Below, in pieces: positions 61,401-64,000 of a stretch of DNA of 64,000 nucleotides. Where the stretch lies: assembly GCA_965645245.1 (NCBI GenBank), contig OZ287069.1, forward strand, positions 1,240,001 through 1,304,000, given 5' to 3'. The notes under the pieces are model-generated. The model was not told the DNA's origin, did not search any database, and saw nothing but the letters and a program-made list of their open reading frames with translations. Every line of letters begins with the position of its first letter. Positions within the stretch are counted from its first letter, which is position 1. The stretch is from Massalongia carnosa (taxonomy: Eukaryota). A program made the position numbers and the translations under genes.

Positions 61401-62788
61401 ACCAAGATGAAGCATTTTATTCCATGCAGAGAAACCACCGACGCTAAGGCCTTGGCTAGGCTATACGTGGAACATGTCTGGAAACTTCATGGCCTACCTG
61501 ACTCCATTGTATCGGACCGAGGAGGCCAGTTCATCGCTGACTTCTGGAAAGCACTATGTGAACGACTAAAGATCAACAGTCGGCTATCCATATCGTTTCA
61601 CCCGGAGACCGACGGTCAAACGGAACGATATAACGCGATCATGGAACAAGACCTCAGAAGCTATATATCCTATCAACAAGATGACTAGACCGACTGGTTG
61701 CCCATGGCTGAGTTCGCTAGCAATAACTCCGACTCCGAAACAACGTCCGTCAGCCCGTTCCTTGCTAACTATGGTTTCCACCCCCGTCTTGGTTTTGAAC
61801 CTGTTCGTCGCGACTCCCCTAATGCGCAGGTCATTAGCGCCGACGAATTCGCCTCCAAAATGCAAAGTATCAGTGAACACCTCGGCGACGAAATACGCCT
61901 AGTTCAAGCGCGTTATGAAGCATCTGCTAATGCAAACAGGACCCCGGCTCCCATATTTCATGTCGGTGACGAGGTATGGTTGGACGCTAGGCATATAAAG
62001 ACCAAACGACCATCACGAAAGTTGGATTGGAAAAAGCTTGGAAGGTTCATTATAAAGAAGGTTGTTAGCAAGTACGCATACGAGTTAGACATTCCCGCCC
62101 CTATGAAAGTTCATCCTGTGTTCCATGTCTCTCTTCTAGAACCTGTCTCTCAACACCCCCACGTCGGCCACATACCCGCTCCTTCTCCCCCTGTCGAAGT
62201 TGAAGGTGAAACAGAGTAGGAAGTCGAAGAAATTTTGGACTCCCGTTTCTTTCGAAGACGATTACAATACCTGATCAAATGGACTGGTTGGGACGCCCCC
62301 GACTGGACTGAAGCTAAGGACGTCACCCACTGCTCAGACTATTGGAAGACTTTCATCGATTGAGGCCTACCAAGCCTGGTGGTCCTCGCGGAGCTCGGAC
62401 CTAAAAGGGGAGCTGGTGTTATGGAGTGACTGGGCACCTGCCAGTTAGTTCATTGAACCAACCTTAGCTGCTTGAACGAAGCACTAGCCGGCTAGCCGAT
62501 CCGAAACGAACTAAGCTTAATCCGGTTTAGTCAGGGCAAAGGTAAGTGATCCGGCTGAAGGTAAGTGTTCGGACTGTCAATAGTGTCATAGCGATAGTTT
62601 CATGCCTGGGACTTGGGAAATTGGAGCAATGGCTGGATTGGGACTGGTTCCGTTCGCCAGAGTCTTATACTCGCCCACGTTGGATTTTCTGTTTCTTTTC
62701 TCCTTGTCGAACGTCTTGTCCACCTAGCTAGACAATCAAGTAATACGTTTGCACCATCTGAATTTCTACCTGACCTCGCACCGTGACA
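58455..62788 (+). mobile_element. Ty3/Gypsy chromovirus G3 (degenerate pol plus 3' LTR 62417-62788); the 5' part lies in or beyond the gap; inserted into element X copy 3
   Basis: DCGV protease, YIDD RT, TDSSD RNase H, GHPG/SDRGGQF integrase and chromodomain ~62210-62340; PPT aaaaggggag; TGTTATGG…CCGTGACA LTR. Confidence 0.93.
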
Positions 62789-63093
62789 GGTGAGGCCTTT
62801 AGCGTCTCCGTGGGGAGGACCGATGGTCCGATGGTGTAGAAGGAGGAGGACCGATGGTGTAGAAGGAGGAGGACCGATGGTGTAGAAGGAGGAGGACCGA
62901 TGGTGTAGAAGGAGGAGGACCGATGGTGTAGAAGGAGGAGGACCGATGGTGTAGAAGGAGGAGGACCGATGGTGTAGGATAGCAAATATTTATGATGTGA
63001 TAATAATAAAATAATGTAATAGTAAATGTGAGAGTAATTTAAATGATGCGGTAGTGCTTTAATAATATGGTGGTGGTTTAACGGTGCGAGCCT
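62789..63093 (-). mobile_element. Element X copy 3, 5' portion
   Basis: Matches 52549-52755 including the 23-mer array and the taatgt(g/a)atagtaaatgtga motif, and extends further. Confidence 0.85.
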
Positions 63094-63485
63094 TCGATCT
63101 TTTACATAATCAAATGTTATCGCAGAGGACTCGACTAGGATTCGATTATGGCCCGTCCTTGCTGTTTTATCAGCAATTTCGTTTTCGGTAATTTTTGAGT
63201 AACTCGGAACCCATTGCAAAATCACCTGATAATTGCTTTCAAATAAGCGTTTTGCGAGCTTTCAAATTTGTCTTGCGAAAATATGATTTGTCAAGTTCTG
63301 AATTTCGTTTATCGCGTTTTTACTATCAGAAAAAATCCAAATCGTTTTTTCTAATTTCGATAAAATATTAATATTGGACAATTTATAGACTCATTTCATT
63401 GCTTGTAAAATCGCATGCAGTTTAGCATTTTCAATGCTTGACTGTTTGCTTAATTTCCAGCTTTTCGAAATCGTATGATACTTGA
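63094..63485 (-). mobile_element. Internal LINE fragment (RNase H region)
   Basis: Reverse complement of ~11774-12164. Confidence 0.88.
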
Positions 63486-63521
63486 ATCAAAAGGAAGTAT
63501 AGTAGATAGAGGATAGAACGC

Positions 63522-64000
63522 TTTATTTATTTTTTATTTTTTTTATTTATTCATTAAGTGTATTCAACCTAAGGTTATGACACTAAACTATTTTAGGATA
63601 TGTTTCTATATTACAAATAAATCAACCCTTTATAACCCATCTATGTATTGTCAATTTTTCCCCATTTTTACTTCGTGTTAGTAACAAGCTATAGTAATCG
63701 AAGAATATCGATTTTAAAATTTATCTTTGTAAGTTCGTGAATGTTTCAGCATAAATCGTTTCTGATTTTACTGTTCGATCTCTCCCCAACCTCCAGTTTC
63801 GAAAATCTCGTCATCAAGCTGACCTAGTATCCATTTTCTTGTCGCGATTTTGTTATTGACAATGAATTTAATCAAAATGTCATTTCCGATTTTTGTATTA
63901 AACAACATATTCAAGTTGATCGTAGTATCGATATTTTGTTTCATGTTTAGAATTTCATCGAAATAGTGAATGCAATTCAATAACAAGTGTTCTGGCGTTT
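63522..64000 (-). mobile_element. LINE 3' end (ORF2 C-terminus, 3' UTR, poly(A)); continues beyond the window
   Basis: ORF 63768-63986(-) ends GGWGEIEQ; T tract at the left end. Confidence 0.92.

Overview
This is a eukaryotic, almost certainly fungal, transposon nest with no recognisable host gene. A powdery-mildew-like Leotiomycete is inferred from the TE types, the AT-rich Tad1-like LINEs and the absence of RIP. Target-site duplications (TSDs) resolve nearly the whole window into nested retroelements. There are about 13 copies or fragments of one Tad1-clade LINE family, including one intact full-length copy at 6052-12884, and one older unrelated Tad1-like LINE. There are also three chromodomain Ty3/Gypsy elements, one Ty1/Copia element, two solo LTRs and a 200-N gap. 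The least explicable component is a ~2 kb non-LINE segment, here called element X, present in three copies. X carries two minisatellites and four dispersed copies of a covarying T-loop three-way-junction motif. In one case X was retrotransposed together with a LINE 3' half as a single unit flanked by a 15-bp TSD. Other notable signals are a covarying multi-hairpin/pseudoknot RNA just upstream of LINE ORF1, self-priming signals in two Gypsy elements, half-tRNA priming in the Copia, and -1 frameshift signals in all three Gypsy elements. Coordinates were read by eye and may be off by a few bases.
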